Positions 12,605-20,931 of a stretch of DNA of 44,342 nt are shown here, piece by piece. Position numbers and translations under genes: made by a program. The stretch is from a virus. Positions within the stretch are counted from its first letter, which is position 1. Each line of letters starts with the position of its first letter. The notes below the pieces were generated by a model. That model saw only the letters and a list, made by a program, of their open reading frames with translations, had not been told where the DNA came from and did not search any database. Location: positions 1-44,342 of IMG/VR virus record IMGVR_UViG_3300037467_000252. One strand, written 5' to 3'.

Positions 12605-13056
12605 TCTACCCCCGGCGTAAGTCTACGGACCTGATCGTGGTCCATAGCACGAGCACCCTCGGTGGTGCTGACAAGAGCATGCGGGACATCGACCGGATGC
12701 ACCGCGCTCGCGGCATGAACGGCATCGGCTTCCACTTCGTGATCGGCCTCGATGGCCAGATCGAGACAGGCCGCCCGCAAGAGACCATCGGCGCCCATGT
12801 GCCAGGACACAACCACAACTCAGTGGCCGTGGCCTACGTCGGAGGCGTCGATCACGGCGGCTTCGCTAAGGATACCCGAACCGCAGCCCAGAAGCTCGCC
12901 CTGCGCAAGCTGATCAAGACGCTGCGCGCCCTCTACCCCGAGGCCAGTGTGGTCGGAGCCCGCGATCTCCCGAACGAGACCGGCAGGCTGGACCCCTACG
13001 GCTTCAACAAGATGAGCCCCGGCTTCGATGCCGCGGCAGAATACCAGGACCAATAG
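12601..13056 (+). CDS. T7 gp3.5-like N-acetylmuramoyl-L-alanine amidase (T7 lysozyme family)
   Basis: LIVVHSTST, GIGFHFVIGLDGQIETGRP and IGAHVPGHNHNSVAVAYVGG are PGRP/amidase_2 features. Confidence 0.9.
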   Translation: MIYPRRKSTDLIVVHSTSTLGGADKSMRDIDRMHRARGMNGIGFHFVIGLDGQIETGRPQETIGAHVPGHNHNSVAVAYVGGVDHGGFAKDTRTAAQKLALRKLIKTLRALYPEASVVGARDLPNETGRLDPYGFNKMSPGFDAAAEYQDQ

Positions 13057-13063
13057 GAACCCC
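13044..13063 (+). promoter_or_regulatory. CCAGGACCA-family motif (CCAGGACCAATAGGAACCCC)
   Basis: It contains the amidase stop codon TAG 13054-13056. Confidence 0.5.
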
Positions 13064-13064
13064 A

Positions 13065-13097
13065 GGCCTCGGCACCCCGCCGGGGCCTTTCTCTTTT
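13065..13097 (+). terminator. Intrinsic terminator (GGCCUCGGC-ACCCC-GCCGGGGCC followed by UUUCUCUUUU)
   Basis: 9-bp stem with one U-G pair, followed by a T-rich tract. Confidence 0.6.
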
Positions 13098-13110
13098 CCA
13101 AGGACAGCAC

Positions 13111-13521
13111 ATGACCACGTTCACCATTGGCCAGACCGTCAAGTCCAACAAGTCCAACTTCTCCTTCGGCCTCACTGAGGGCCGGCACTACAAGGTGATC
13201 GACACCAGCAAGCTCTCGCTGCGGATCGAGAACGATCGCGGCACCGTCCGCTGGCTCCCGTTCGACTACTTCGAGCCCACCGTGGCCGAGAAGAACACGA
13301 AGCCGCCGGTCGATGCCTCGAAGCACTGGATCATCGCGGTGATCGTGGACGGCCAGCCCCAGCCGGCCCCGCACCCGCGCACCTACGACACCCAGAAGCA
13401 GGCCCACGCGGTCGCGAAGTCCATGGCCGAGAAGATCCCCGGTCAGACCTTCGTCGTCTACGAGGCCACCGGCTTCACGCACGTCCCGACCAAGGTCTCC
13501 ACGGAGGTCTACGCGCTGTGA
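13111..13521 (+). CDS. Hypothetical protein (136 aa)
   Basis: Track ORF with a protein-like translation. I recognise no motif. Confidence 0.6.
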   Translation: MTTFTIGQTVKSNKSNFSFGLTEGRHYKVIDTSKLSLRIENDRGTVRWLPFDYFEPTVAEKNTKPPVDASKHWIIAVIVDGQPQPAPHPRTYDTQKQAHAVAKSMAEKIPGQTFVVYEATGFTHVPTKVSTEVYAL

Positions 13522-13751
13522 GCAAGAGCCAGACCCAGGTGCTGTTGGAGCACCTCCTGGCCGGCAAGACCATCACCCCCATGAAGGCCATGATGGTCTA
13601 CGGCATTCACCGCCTCGCCGCCCGCATCCGGGACCTTCGCGAGGAAGGGCACAACATCGTCACCGAGCTGAAAGAGGACGAGATCGGTCGGCAATACGCC
13701 GAGTACCGCATCCAAGTCCGTGACCGCTTCGGGCGCAAGAAGAGCGCCTGA
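13518..13751 (+). CDS. Small helix-turn-helix DNA-binding protein
   Basis: ITPMKAMMVYGIHRLAARIRDLREEGHNI resembles the phage HTH family I recall as HTH_39. The GTG start overlaps the upstream stop. Confidence 0.55.
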   Translation: MSKSQTQVLLEHLLAGKTITPMKAMMVYGIHRLAARIRDLREEGHNIVTELKEDEIGRQYAEYRIQVRDRFGRKKSA

Positions 13752-15394
13752 TGGGAGACAGTGTGCTGATCAGGAAGGAGCCATGCCCTGCGTGTGGCTC
13801 CCGAGACAACTTGGCTAGGTACAGCGACGGTCACGCGCACTGCTTCTCGGTCGGCTGCGACCACTGGGAACCGTCTGACGACGCAGTGGCGTCCGTCCCC
13901 GAACAACTCAGGAGGAACCAGAAGATGGCCAGGGGCCTGATCGACGGCGAGTTCAAGGCCCTCGGCAAGCGCAAGATCACCGAGGAGACCTGCCGCAAGT
14001 TCGGCTACCGCGTGGGGGAGATGAACGACCAACCGGTCCAGATCGCCCCGTACTTCGACAAGGACCGCACCGAGGTGGGTCAGAAGATCCGCTTCCCCAA
14101 CAAGGAGTTCACCGTCACGGGCGAGCTGAAGACCGCTCAGCTCTTCGGCCAGCACCTGTGGGGCGCGAACGGCAAGATGGTCGTGATCACCGAGGGTGAG
14201 ATCGACTGCATGTCCGTGAGCCAGCTCCAGGACAACCGGTGGCCTGTCGTGTCCCTGATCAACGGGGCAGACAGCGCGGCCAAGGGCATCGCGGCCAACC
14301 TCGACTGGCTCAACAGCTTCGAGAAGGTCGTGCTGATGTTCGACATGGACGAGGCCGGCAAGAAGGCAACCGCCACCGCGGCACGCCTCCTGAAGCCGGG
14401 CAAGGCCCATGTCGCCTCGCTGCCCCTCAAGGACGCCAACGAGTGCCTCGTGAACGGCCAGGGATCGGCCGTGATCAGCGCCATCTGGAACGCCAAGCCC
14501 TACCGCCCTGACGGGCTCGTCCGCGTCTCTGACGTGCGCGAGAAGGTCCTGGTGGCTCCCACGATGGGGCTCTCCTGGTTCTCCGAGACGCTCACCAAGC
14601 TGACCTACGGGCGCCGCTTCGGGGAGATCTACGCATTCGGAGCGGGCACCGGCATCGGCAAGACGGACTGGCTCCTCCAGCAGGTTCAGCACGACGTGAA
14701 CGTGCTGGGCGAGAAGGTGGGCCTGTTCTTCCTGGAGCAGCCGCCGGACGAGACCGTGAAGCGCGTGTGCGGGAAGTTCGCCCGCCGCTGCTTCCACGTG
14801 CCGGACGATGGCTGGACCCAGGAAGAGCTGGTTGACGCCATCGACAAGCTGGAACGGGACGACCGGATCGTCCTCTACGACAGCTTCGGCGTGTCGGACT
14901 GGAACGTGATCGCGGACGGCATCCGCTTCCTGTTCCACTCGGAGGGCACCCGGATCTTCTACCTCGATCACCTGACGGCCCTGGCGGCCTCGAAGGATGA
15001 CGAGCGGAAGGAGCTGGAGAAGATCATGGCCGAGATGGCCGGGCTCGTGAAGGAGCTGGGCATCATCATCCATCTCGTCAGCCACCTCGCGACCCCGGAG
15101 GGCAAGCCCCACGAGGAAGGTGGTCGGGTCATGATCCGCCACTTCAAAGGCAGCAGAGCCATCGGCTTCTGGTGCATGTTCATGTTCGGCCTGGAGAGAG
15201 ATCAGCAGGCCGAGGACGAAGCCTGGAGGTCCATCACGACCTTCCGGGTGCTGAAGGACCGCAACACCGGGCGCAGCTCGGGCCAGTGCGTCTACTTCGG
15301 CTACGACAGCAAGACCGGGCAGCTCTACGAAACCGAGCCCCCGGCCGATACCAACACAGGATTCAAGGACGAGACCGTCAACGACGACCTGTGA
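13751..15394 (+). CDS. T7 gp4-like bifunctional primase-helicase
   Basis: Zn finger CPACGS...HCFSVGC. TOPRIM region (VVITEGEIDCMS, MFDMDEAG). DnaB-type Walker A GAGTGIGKT and YLDHL. Confidence 0.95.
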   Translation: MGDSVLIRKEPCPACGSRDNLARYSDGHAHCFSVGCDHWEPSDDAVASVPEQLRRNQKMARGLIDGEFKALGKRKITEETCRKFGYRVGEMNDQPVQIAPYFDKDRTEVGQKIRFPNKEFTVTGELKTAQLFGQHLWGANGKMVVITEGEIDCMSVSQLQDNRWPVVSLINGADSAAKGIAANLDWLNSFEKVVLMFDMDEAGKKATATAARLLKPGKAHVASLPLKDANECLVNGQGSAVISAIWNAKPYRPDGLVRVSDVREKVLVAPTMGLSWFSETLTKLTYGRRFGEIYAFGAGTGIGKTDWLLQQVQHDVNVLGEKVGLFFLEQPPDETVKRVCGKFARRCFHVPDDGWTQEELVDAIDKLERDDRIVLYDSFGVSDWNVIADGIRFLFHSEGTRIFYLDHLTALAASKDDERKELEKIMAEMAGLVKELGIIIHLVSHLATPEGKPHEEGGRVMIRHFKGSRAIGFWCMFMFGLERDQQAEDEAWRSITTFRVLKDRNTGRSSGQCVYFGYDSKTGQLYETEPPADTNTGFKDETVNDDL

Positions 15395-15418
15395 CCTGAT
15401 CTATGCAGGAGAGAGAAG

Positions 15419-15535
15419 ATGATCTGCATCGAGAAGATGCTCAAGGAGCTGATCGAGCTGCTCCAGATCCGCGGCTACACGCGGGTCGAAGCTCGAAAAC
15501 GGGCCGAGCGCATCCTTCAGCGGTGCGAAGTCTGA
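15419..15535 (+). CDS. Hypothetical small protein (38 aa)
   Basis: AGGAGAGAG lies upstream. Translation is MICIEKMLKELIELLQIRGYTRVEARKRAERILQRCEV. Confidence 0.35.
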   Translation: MICIEKMLKELIELLQIRGYTRVEARKRAERILQRCEV

Positions 15536-15540
15536 CCTGA

Positions 15541-15560
15541 CTTATCCACCCTAGAGGAGC
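15541..15560 (+). promoter_or_regulatory. CTATSCACC-family motif (CTTATCCACCCTAGAGGAGC)
   Basis: It lies directly upstream of the DNA polymerase gene. Confidence 0.45.
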
Positions 15561-15565
15561 ATTGC

Positions 15566-17746
15566 ATGACCACTTACGTGGCAGACATCGAGAGCGATGG
15601 TCTGCTCGACACGATCACGAAGATCCACTGCCTCGTCCTCCGCGATGCCGACACCAACGAGGTGCTGGACTTCTCGGATGTGAAGTACGGCCGCGGGTCG
15701 ATCGAGAAGGGCGTGCGGCTCCTCATGGCCGCCGACTGCGTGATCTTCCACAACGGGATCAAGTTCGATCTCCCCGCGATCCAGAAGCTCTACCCGTGGT
15801 TCGAGCCGCGCTGGATCGTGACCGTGGACGACGTGCGCAACGGCAAGGGCGCACGGGACACCCTGACCTACAGCCGCCTGATCTGGCCGGACATCGCGGC
15901 CGGTGACGAGAAGCGGGTGAGGGTCGGGCAGATGCCCGGCAAGCTCATCGGCTCTCACGGCCTGGAGGCATGGGGCTACCGCCTCAAGCTGAACAAGGGT
16001 GACTACGCGAAGAAGAGGGAGGAGCAGGCCCGAGAGTTGGGCATGACCGATCCCAAGGACATCTTCGAGTTCACCTGGGGTGAGTGGAACCAGGAGATGC
16101 ACGACTACTGCATCCTGGACACCGAGGTCACCCTGGAGCTGTGGAAGCTCATCCAGCGCAAGTCCTACGCCCCGATGGCGATCTGGCTGGAGCATCGCTT
16201 CGCCTACATCCTGGCGATGCAGGAGAGGTACGGCTTCGGCTTCGACAAGGCCGCAGCGATCGACCTCTACACCAAGCTCGTGGCTCGCCGCATCGAGCTG
16301 AAGGACGAGCTGGCCAAGGTCTTCCCTGGCCGATGGGAGCCCGTGGAGACGCGGGCCTTCAAGCGGTCCTGCAAGCGGTGGATCGCAGCCGCAGACGGAG
16401 CCCAGGTCCGCATCAACAAGCGGGCAGGGGTCTACGAGAGCGGCTTCTACAGCGAGGAGCAGGAGGGCGCCGAGTTCACCCGCATCGAGTGGGTCGAGTT
16501 CAATCCCTCATCCCGTCAGCACATCGCCAGACGCCTTCAGGAGAAGGGCTGGCACCCCATCGAGTTCACCGACAGCGGCCAGCCCAAGATCTCTGAGACG
16601 ATCCTGGAGGCCCTGATCTACCCGGAAGCCACGGTCCTCGCGGAGCACTTCCTGGTCGAGAAGCGCATCGGTCAGCTCGCGGAAGGAGATCAAGCATGGC
16701 TCAGATTGGAGGTGAACGGTGTCATCCATGGTTCGGTCAATACTAACGGGGCAGTCACAGGCCGCTGCACCCACTCCAACCCCAACATCGCCCAGTGTCC
16801 TAAGGTCGGTTCTCCTTACGGTGCTGAATGTCGTTCACTCTTTCGGGCTCGGCTTGGCCGTCTCGTCGGAGCAGACCTTGCTGGTCTTGAACTCCGTTGC
16901 CTCGCTCATTTCATGGCGAAGTATGACGATGGCGAGTACGGTCGCATCCTGCTTGAGGGCGACGTACACTGGGCTAATGTCATCGCGCTTGGTCTCACTG
17001 ATCAGGTTCGTGATGACACACAGCTCATCCACAAGCTCTTCCGCAACGCGGCCAAGACGTTCATCTACGCCTTCTTGTACGGGGCCGGAGACCTGAAGAT
17101 CGGTAACACGGTCTACGAGCTGGTCATCATCAACGCCCGCAAGGCCGGATACGATGGCTGGGCTGATCTCCAGGAGCAGTTCTTCGGGACGCGCTCACCG
17201 GAGGGACCGACCGAGGCCGAGCTGACCAAGGCCGGCAAGAAGCTCAAGCAGACCTTCATGCGCAAAACCCCCGCGCTGAAGAAGCTCAAAGAGGCCGTGA
17301 CCCTGGCTGCTGAAGGGTTCTCCCCGAAGAAGCCCAAGGGCTGCACCCCCGAGACGCCACGGAAGAAGGGACCAGACGGTAGAGACTGGTTCTTCGACAA
17401 GGCCAACGTGGGGATCATCAAGGGCCTGGACGGGCGTCTCCTGTCCATCCGATCGGCTCACGCCGCTCTCAACACCCTGCTTCAGTCGGCGGGTGCCCTC
17501 ATCGCCAAGCTGGCAACGGTCTTGGCTTACGACGAACTATGCACCCGTGGATACGTCTTCGCTCGGGACTGGGCCTTGGTGGCTCACGTCCACGACGAGA
17601 TGCAGGTCGATGTAAGAAAGGAAATCGCAGATGAAGTCGGTGAAGTCCTCGTTGAAGCAATGCGCGAAGCCGGTCGTGTATTCGGTTTCCGCATCCCCGT
17701 TGATGGAGAGTTCAAGGCCGGCGCGAACTGGTGTGAAACTCACTGA
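15566..17746 (+). CDS. T7 gp5-like family A DNA polymerase with 3'-5' exonuclease domain
   Basis: Exo I DIESDGL. Pol motifs DLAGLELRCLAH, AKTFIYAFLYGAG and VAHVHDE. Confidence 0.95.
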   Translation: MTTYVADIESDGLLDTITKIHCLVLRDADTNEVLDFSDVKYGRGSIEKGVRLLMAADCVIFHNGIKFDLPAIQKLYPWFEPRWIVTVDDVRNGKGARDTLTYSRLIWPDIAAGDEKRVRVGQMPGKLIGSHGLEAWGYRLKLNKGDYAKKREEQARELGMTDPKDIFEFTWGEWNQEMHDYCILDTEVTLELWKLIQRKSYAPMAIWLEHRFAYILAMQERYGFGFDKAAAIDLYTKLVARRIELKDELAKVFPGRWEPVETRAFKRSCKRWIAAADGAQVRINKRAGVYESGFYSEEQEGAEFTRIEWVEFNPSSRQHIARRLQEKGWHPIEFTDSGQPKISETILEALIYPEATVLAEHFLVEKRIGQLAEGDQAWLRLEVNGVIHGSVNTNGAVTGRCTHSNPNIAQCPKVGSPYGAECRSLFRARLGRLVGADLAGLELRCLAHFMAKYDDGEYGRILLEGDVHWANVIALGLTDQVRDDTQLIHKLFRNAAKTFIYAFLYGAGDLKIGNTVYELVIINARKAGYDGWADLQEQFFGTRSPEGPTEAELTKAGKKLKQTFMRKTPALKKLKEAVTLAAEGFSPKKPKGCTPETPRKKGPDGRDWFFDKANVGIIKGLDGRLLSIRSAHAALNTLLQSAGALIAKLATVLAYDELCTRGYVFARDWALVAHVHDEMQVDVRKEIADEVGEVLVEAMREAGRVFGFRIPVDGEFKAGANWCETH

Positions 17747-17948
17747 TGTTCTGTACCACGCCTGGAAGGCACCGTTCAGGACCAAGAGTGACTACGCCCG
17801 GTACGCGGCAGATCACGTGGCCATGGCCGCCTCTGATGGGTTCATCACGACCCGTCACGCGACCGGCCTGTATGGCAACACCTGGATGATCACAGCCCGT
17901 GGTCTCCGGTACATGGAGCAGATGGGCTATGACACAGCAGAAGGTTGA
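17733..17948 (+). CDS. Hypothetical protein (about 71 aa, GTG start assumed)
   Basis: Tail of ORF 17631..17948. The start is chosen to minimise overlap with the DNAP gene. Confidence 0.35.
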   Translation: MKLTDVLYHAWKAPFRTKSDYARYAADHVAMAASDGFITTRHATGLYGNTWMITARGLRYMEQMGYDTAEG

Positions 17949-18582
17949 GTACATCGACCACATGGGGGACGACCTCCGTGTGATTAACGCCGCTCGGGTG
18001 TCGTTCGACAAGGAGAGCGAGTGGGAGGTTCCAGGTGCGCTGAAGTACGACGACGAGCGTCTACTTCGCTACCTCGCCAACCATAAGCACTGGACCCCGT
18101 TCAGTCACAACCAGATCACCCTGCGTGAGACCGTGAGCATCCCGATTGCTCGCCAGCGGTTCAAGCACAAGATCGGCTTCACGGAGAACGAGATCTCCCG
18201 CCGTTACGTGGACGACAAGCCGCTGTTCTTCTCCCCCGTGTGGAGGAAGCGGCATGTGAAGGCCAAGCAAGGCTCGGCAGAGGCGTTCGATGAGATGGGT
18301 CAAGCCATGCTCAACGACGCCTACGCCGAGCACTTGGAGCGGTCTGAAGGGCTCTACAACCTGTTCCTGTCGAACGGTGTGTGCCCCGAACAGGCGCGAA
18401 TGCTCCTGCCGCAGTCCATGATGACCTCGTACTACATCACAGGCTCACTCGCCGCCTTCGCCCGAGCCTACGGCCTGCGCCACGACGCGCATGCCCAGAA
18501 GGAAATCCAGGACCTCGCCGCGGACTGGGACCGGATCATCCGGCCTCTCTTCCCCGAGTCCTGGTCTGCTCTCGTGGACTAA
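17929..18582 (+). CDS. thyX: ThyX-like FAD-dependent thymidylate synthase (divergent signature)
   Basis: GDDLRVINAARVSF, HWTPFSH, ...EISRRY, LPQSMMTSYYITGSLAAFARAYGLR and HAQKEIQDLA parallel ThyX blocks. The RHR-X7-S motif reads KHK-X8-S here. Confidence 0.7.
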   Translation: MTQQKVEYIDHMGDDLRVINAARVSFDKESEWEVPGALKYDDERLLRYLANHKHWTPFSHNQITLRETVSIPIARQRFKHKIGFTENEISRRYVDDKPLFFSPVWRKRHVKAKQGSAEAFDEMGQAMLNDAYAEHLERSEGLYNLFLSNGVCPEQARMLLPQSMMTSYYITGSLAAFARAYGLRHDAHAQKEIQDLAADWDRIIRPLFPESWSALVD

Positions 18583-18583
18583 G

Positions 18584-18600
18584 GTATGCACCCATGCACA
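18584..18600 (+). promoter_or_regulatory. CTATSCACC-family motif (GTATGCACCCATGCACA)
   Basis: Near-identical to the copy at 39330 (CTATCCACCCATGCACAGG). Confidence 0.45.
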
Positions 18601-18788
18601 TGATCATCACCGTCTGTGCCGGCATCTTGTCGGCACATCCTGGCTGCGTGCTCGATGAAGTGAAGCTGTTGAAGGAGGTCACTCCCCAGCAGTGCCTCAT
18701 CAGCGGCCAGCAGTACCTCGCGAAGAAGCAGCCCTTCTACAACGAGCAGGGCTTCAACATCTACGCCTATGGGTGCCGCCGTGGCTGA
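18594..18788 (+). CDS. Hypothetical small Cys-containing protein (64 aa)
   Basis: Tail of ORF 18381..18788, starting MHMIITVCAGILSAHPGC. The start may instead be ATG 18600, because the motif at 18584 overlaps it. Confidence 0.35.
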   Translation: MHMIITVCAGILSAHPGCVLDEVKLLKEVTPQQCLISGQQYLAKKQPFYNEQGFNIYAYGCRRG

Positions 18789-19017
18789 ATACATCGTCTA
18801 CGGCCGCCCAGGCTGTCCGTGGTGCGACAAGGCCAAGGAGCTGCTGGGCGTGACCCGGCAGGACTTCACCTACGTGGACCTGTCGCAGAACCCGGAGAAG
18901 CGCGCCGAGCTGATCGCAGCCGGCCACCGCACCGTCCCCCAGGTCTACCACGGGGACAAGCTGGTCGGTGGCTTCGAGCAGCTCTCGGACTACCTGGAGG
19001 ATCGCACCGTTGGGTAA
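18769..19017 (+). CDS. Glutaredoxin / NrdH-like redoxin
   Basis: CPWC active site in IVYGRPGCPWCDKAKELL, with TVPQVY and GGFEQL. GTG 18781 is an alternative start. Confidence 0.85.
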   Translation: MGAAVAEYIVYGRPGCPWCDKAKELLGVTRQDFTYVDLSQNPEKRAELIAAGHRTVPQVYHGDKLVGGFEQLSDYLEDRTVG

Positions 19018-19744
19018 GCGAGTCCTCCTGATCGACGCAGACGTGATCGCGTACAACGCGGCCACGGCCTGCCTGAAGGAGCTGGAATACGAGCCCGGAT
19101 ACTGGACGTGGCACGCCTCCTTCGAGGAGGTGCTGGAGACCTTCGACAGCCAGATCAGCACCATCCAGCGGACCCTGAAGGGCGAGCCCGTGCTGTGCCT
19201 GACGGACAGCGAGGGCAACTTCCGGCGCGGTGTGCTGCCCACCTACAAGGGCAAGCGGGGCAAGAAGCCCCTCGTGCTCAAGGCCCTCAAGGAGTTCCTG
19301 ATCGAGAAGCGCGGTGCCTACTTCAGGCCCGGCCTCGAAGGGGATGACTGCATGGGCATCCTCGCCACCCGGAGCAATCCGAAGGGCGAGGACCGGATCA
19401 TCGTGTCCATCGACAAGGACATGATGCAGATCCCTGCCGGCTACGTTCGCTGGCCCGACACGGCAATCACCAGGACCACTAGCGAACAAGCAGACCTCTT
19501 CCACCTTCGGCAGACCCTCACCGGGGACGTGACCGATGGGTACGGAGGCTGCCCCGGCATTGGTCCTGTGAAGGCCGACAAGCTCCTCGCCAAGGACCCG
19601 AGCTGGGCAACCGTCCTGGCCGCCTTCGAGGATGCTGGGCTGACCGAGGCTGACGCCCTGGTCCAGGCCCGCGTGGCCCGCATCCTCCGAGCATCCGACT
19701 ACGACTTCCAGAAGAAGGAGCCCATCCTGTGGTCCCCGACGTGA
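19010..19744 (+). CDS. 5'-3' exonuclease (FEN/PIN-like, T7 gp6 functional analogue)
   Basis: LIDADVIAY, GLEGDDCMG, VSIDKDMMQ and H3TH-like TGDVTDGYGGCPGIGPVKADKLL. TTG 19010 has GGAGGA 8 nt upstream. The track ORF starts at GTG 18968. Confidence 0.75.
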   Translation: MGKRVLLIDADVIAYNAATACLKELEYEPGYWTWHASFEEVLETFDSQISTIQRTLKGEPVLCLTDSEGNFRRGVLPTYKGKRGKKPLVLKALKEFLIEKRGAYFRPGLEGDDCMGILATRSNPKGEDRIIVSIDKDMMQIPAGYVRWPDTAITRTTSEQADLFHLRQTLTGDVTDGYGGCPGIGPVKADKLLAKDPSWATVLAAFEDAGLTEADALVQARVARILRASDYDFQKKEPILWSPT

Positions 19745-20142
19745 AGACCTGTGTCACCTGTCGTCACGACAGCCTGGAGAAGATCCCAGAGCGGTGCATG
19801 CGCTGCACAGACTGGCAGCTCTGGGAGCCCCGCCTCTGCCCGAAGTGCCTCGCCCCGCACTCCGAGGGTGAGTACTGCCTGCCTCCCACGGCCCCTGTAG
19901 CGGTCGCTGACGAGGCTGGCCCCGTAGTCTCTGACGGTGGCTCCACGAGCTACTACGAGATCCCGGAAGGTGCCACTGAGCTGAACGACCTCATCGAGCA
20001 CAAGAAGATGAGCTTCGCCCTCGGGAACATCTTCAAGGCCTGCTACCGCCTCGGTGAGAAGTCTGGGACGGATGCCGCCTACGACGTGAGGAAGATGATC
20101 TTCTTCGCGAACCGCATCTTGCGACAACTGGAGAAGGCATGA
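19741..20142 (+). CDS. Cys-rich N-terminus plus DUF3310-like phage protein
   Basis: GGSTSYYEIPEGATELNDLIEHKKMSFALGNIFKACYRLGEK resembles the family I recall as DUF3310/SaV-like. GTG 19741 overlaps the upstream stop. The track start is 19729. Confidence 0.55.
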   Translation: MKTCVTCRHDSLEKIPERCMRCTDWQLWEPRLCPKCLAPHSEGEYCLPPTAPVAVADEAGPVVSDGGSTSYYEIPEGATELNDLIEHKKMSFALGNIFKACYRLGEKSGTDAAYDVRKMIFFANRILRQLEKA

Positions 20143-20657
20143 GCGCCGACATCATCCACGTAGACTTCCAGACCCGGCAGGTTGTCGGGAAGGAAGAGAG
20201 CAAGCGCCAGGAGAAGGAGGAGACTATCCTCCAGCTCCTGACCGACCAGCGGGAAAGCCCCGAGCTGGTGCAGGAGTTCTGCGACACCTTCGAGCCCCCG
20301 ATGGACCCTGAGTTCTGGCGCGGCCTGATCCGTGAGGAGGCCAAGGAGGTCAAGGAGGCTGCGGCTCACCTCCTGAAGGAGCTGTCCGATCTGGAGTACG
20401 TGACGGTGGGCCACATGCTCGCCAAGGGCGATCCGGCCGCGGCCCTGGCTGTGGTCAAGACTGTGATGGACGACGAGATCATCCTCGACCTCCTCGACGC
20501 CTTCCCACCGGAGGTCGAGCGAGCCGCCATGCTGCGCGTCCACTACAGCAACATGAGCAAGGCCATGCCCGATGGCTCGGTGAAGCGCCGAGAGGACGGC
20601 AAGGTCTTGAAGGGACCGAACTACAAGCCGGCCGAGCTGCAAGATCTGCTTGCCTGA
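20139..20657 (+). CDS. MazG-like nucleotide pyrophosphohydrolase (tentative)
   Basis: EEAKEVKEAAAHLLKELSDLEYV and YSNMSKAMPDGSVKRREDGKVLKGPNYKPAEL resemble all-alpha NTP-PPase phage proteins. Confidence 0.5.
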   Translation: MSADIIHVDFQTRQVVGKEESKRQEKEETILQLLTDQRESPELVQEFCDTFEPPMDPEFWRGLIREEAKEVKEAAAHLLKELSDLEYVTVGHMLAKGDPAAALAVVKTVMDDEIILDLLDAFPPEVERAAMLRVHYSNMSKAMPDGSVKRREDGKVLKGPNYKPAELQDLLA

Positions 20658-20659
20658 AC

Positions 20660-20677
20660 CTATCCACCCCTGCACAG
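20660..20677 (+). promoter_or_regulatory. CTATSCACC-family motif, late-type (CTATCCACCCCTGCACAG)
   Basis: One of five copies of CTATCCACCC(C/A)(T/C)GCA. Confidence 0.55.
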
Positions 20678-20689
20678 AAAGCACCGACC

Positions 20690-20899
20690 ATGTTCTTCAA
20701 ACTCAAGACCGTCTCCTCGATCCTCTCGTCCTTCACCAAGACCCTGGCCGAGCTGGAGACCGCCGCGGAGCAGCGTGCTGCTGCCGCTGCCGAGCGCCTC
20801 GAAGCCGCTGCTGTGGCCACCAAGGAAGCCGCTGAGCACTCCAAGGAGGCCGAAGCCGCCAAGGCTGTGGCTGAGAAGATCCGCGCCCTCATCGGCTAA
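20690..20899 (+). CDS. Hypothetical Ala/Glu-rich coiled-coil protein (69 aa)
   Basis: Track ORF flanked on both sides by the conserved motif. Confidence 0.5.
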   Translation: MFFKLKTVSSILSSFTKTLAELETAAEQRAAAAAERLEAAAVATKEAAEHSKEAEAAKAVAEKIRALIG

Positions 20900-20900
20900 T

Positions 20901-20919
20901 CTATCCACCCCTGCATAAG
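20901..20919 (+). promoter_or_regulatory. CTATSCACC-family motif, late-type (CTATCCACCCCTGCATAAG)
   Basis: It lies directly upstream of the RNR gene. Confidence 0.55.
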
Positions 20920-20931
20920 AAGAGAGAAACA

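Noticed and set aside
15401-15415. CTATGCAGGAGAGAG as another member of the promoter-like family.
   Set aside because: Only CTATGCA matches. The remainder is the Shine-Dalgarno of the 38-codon ORF, and the CACC core is missing.
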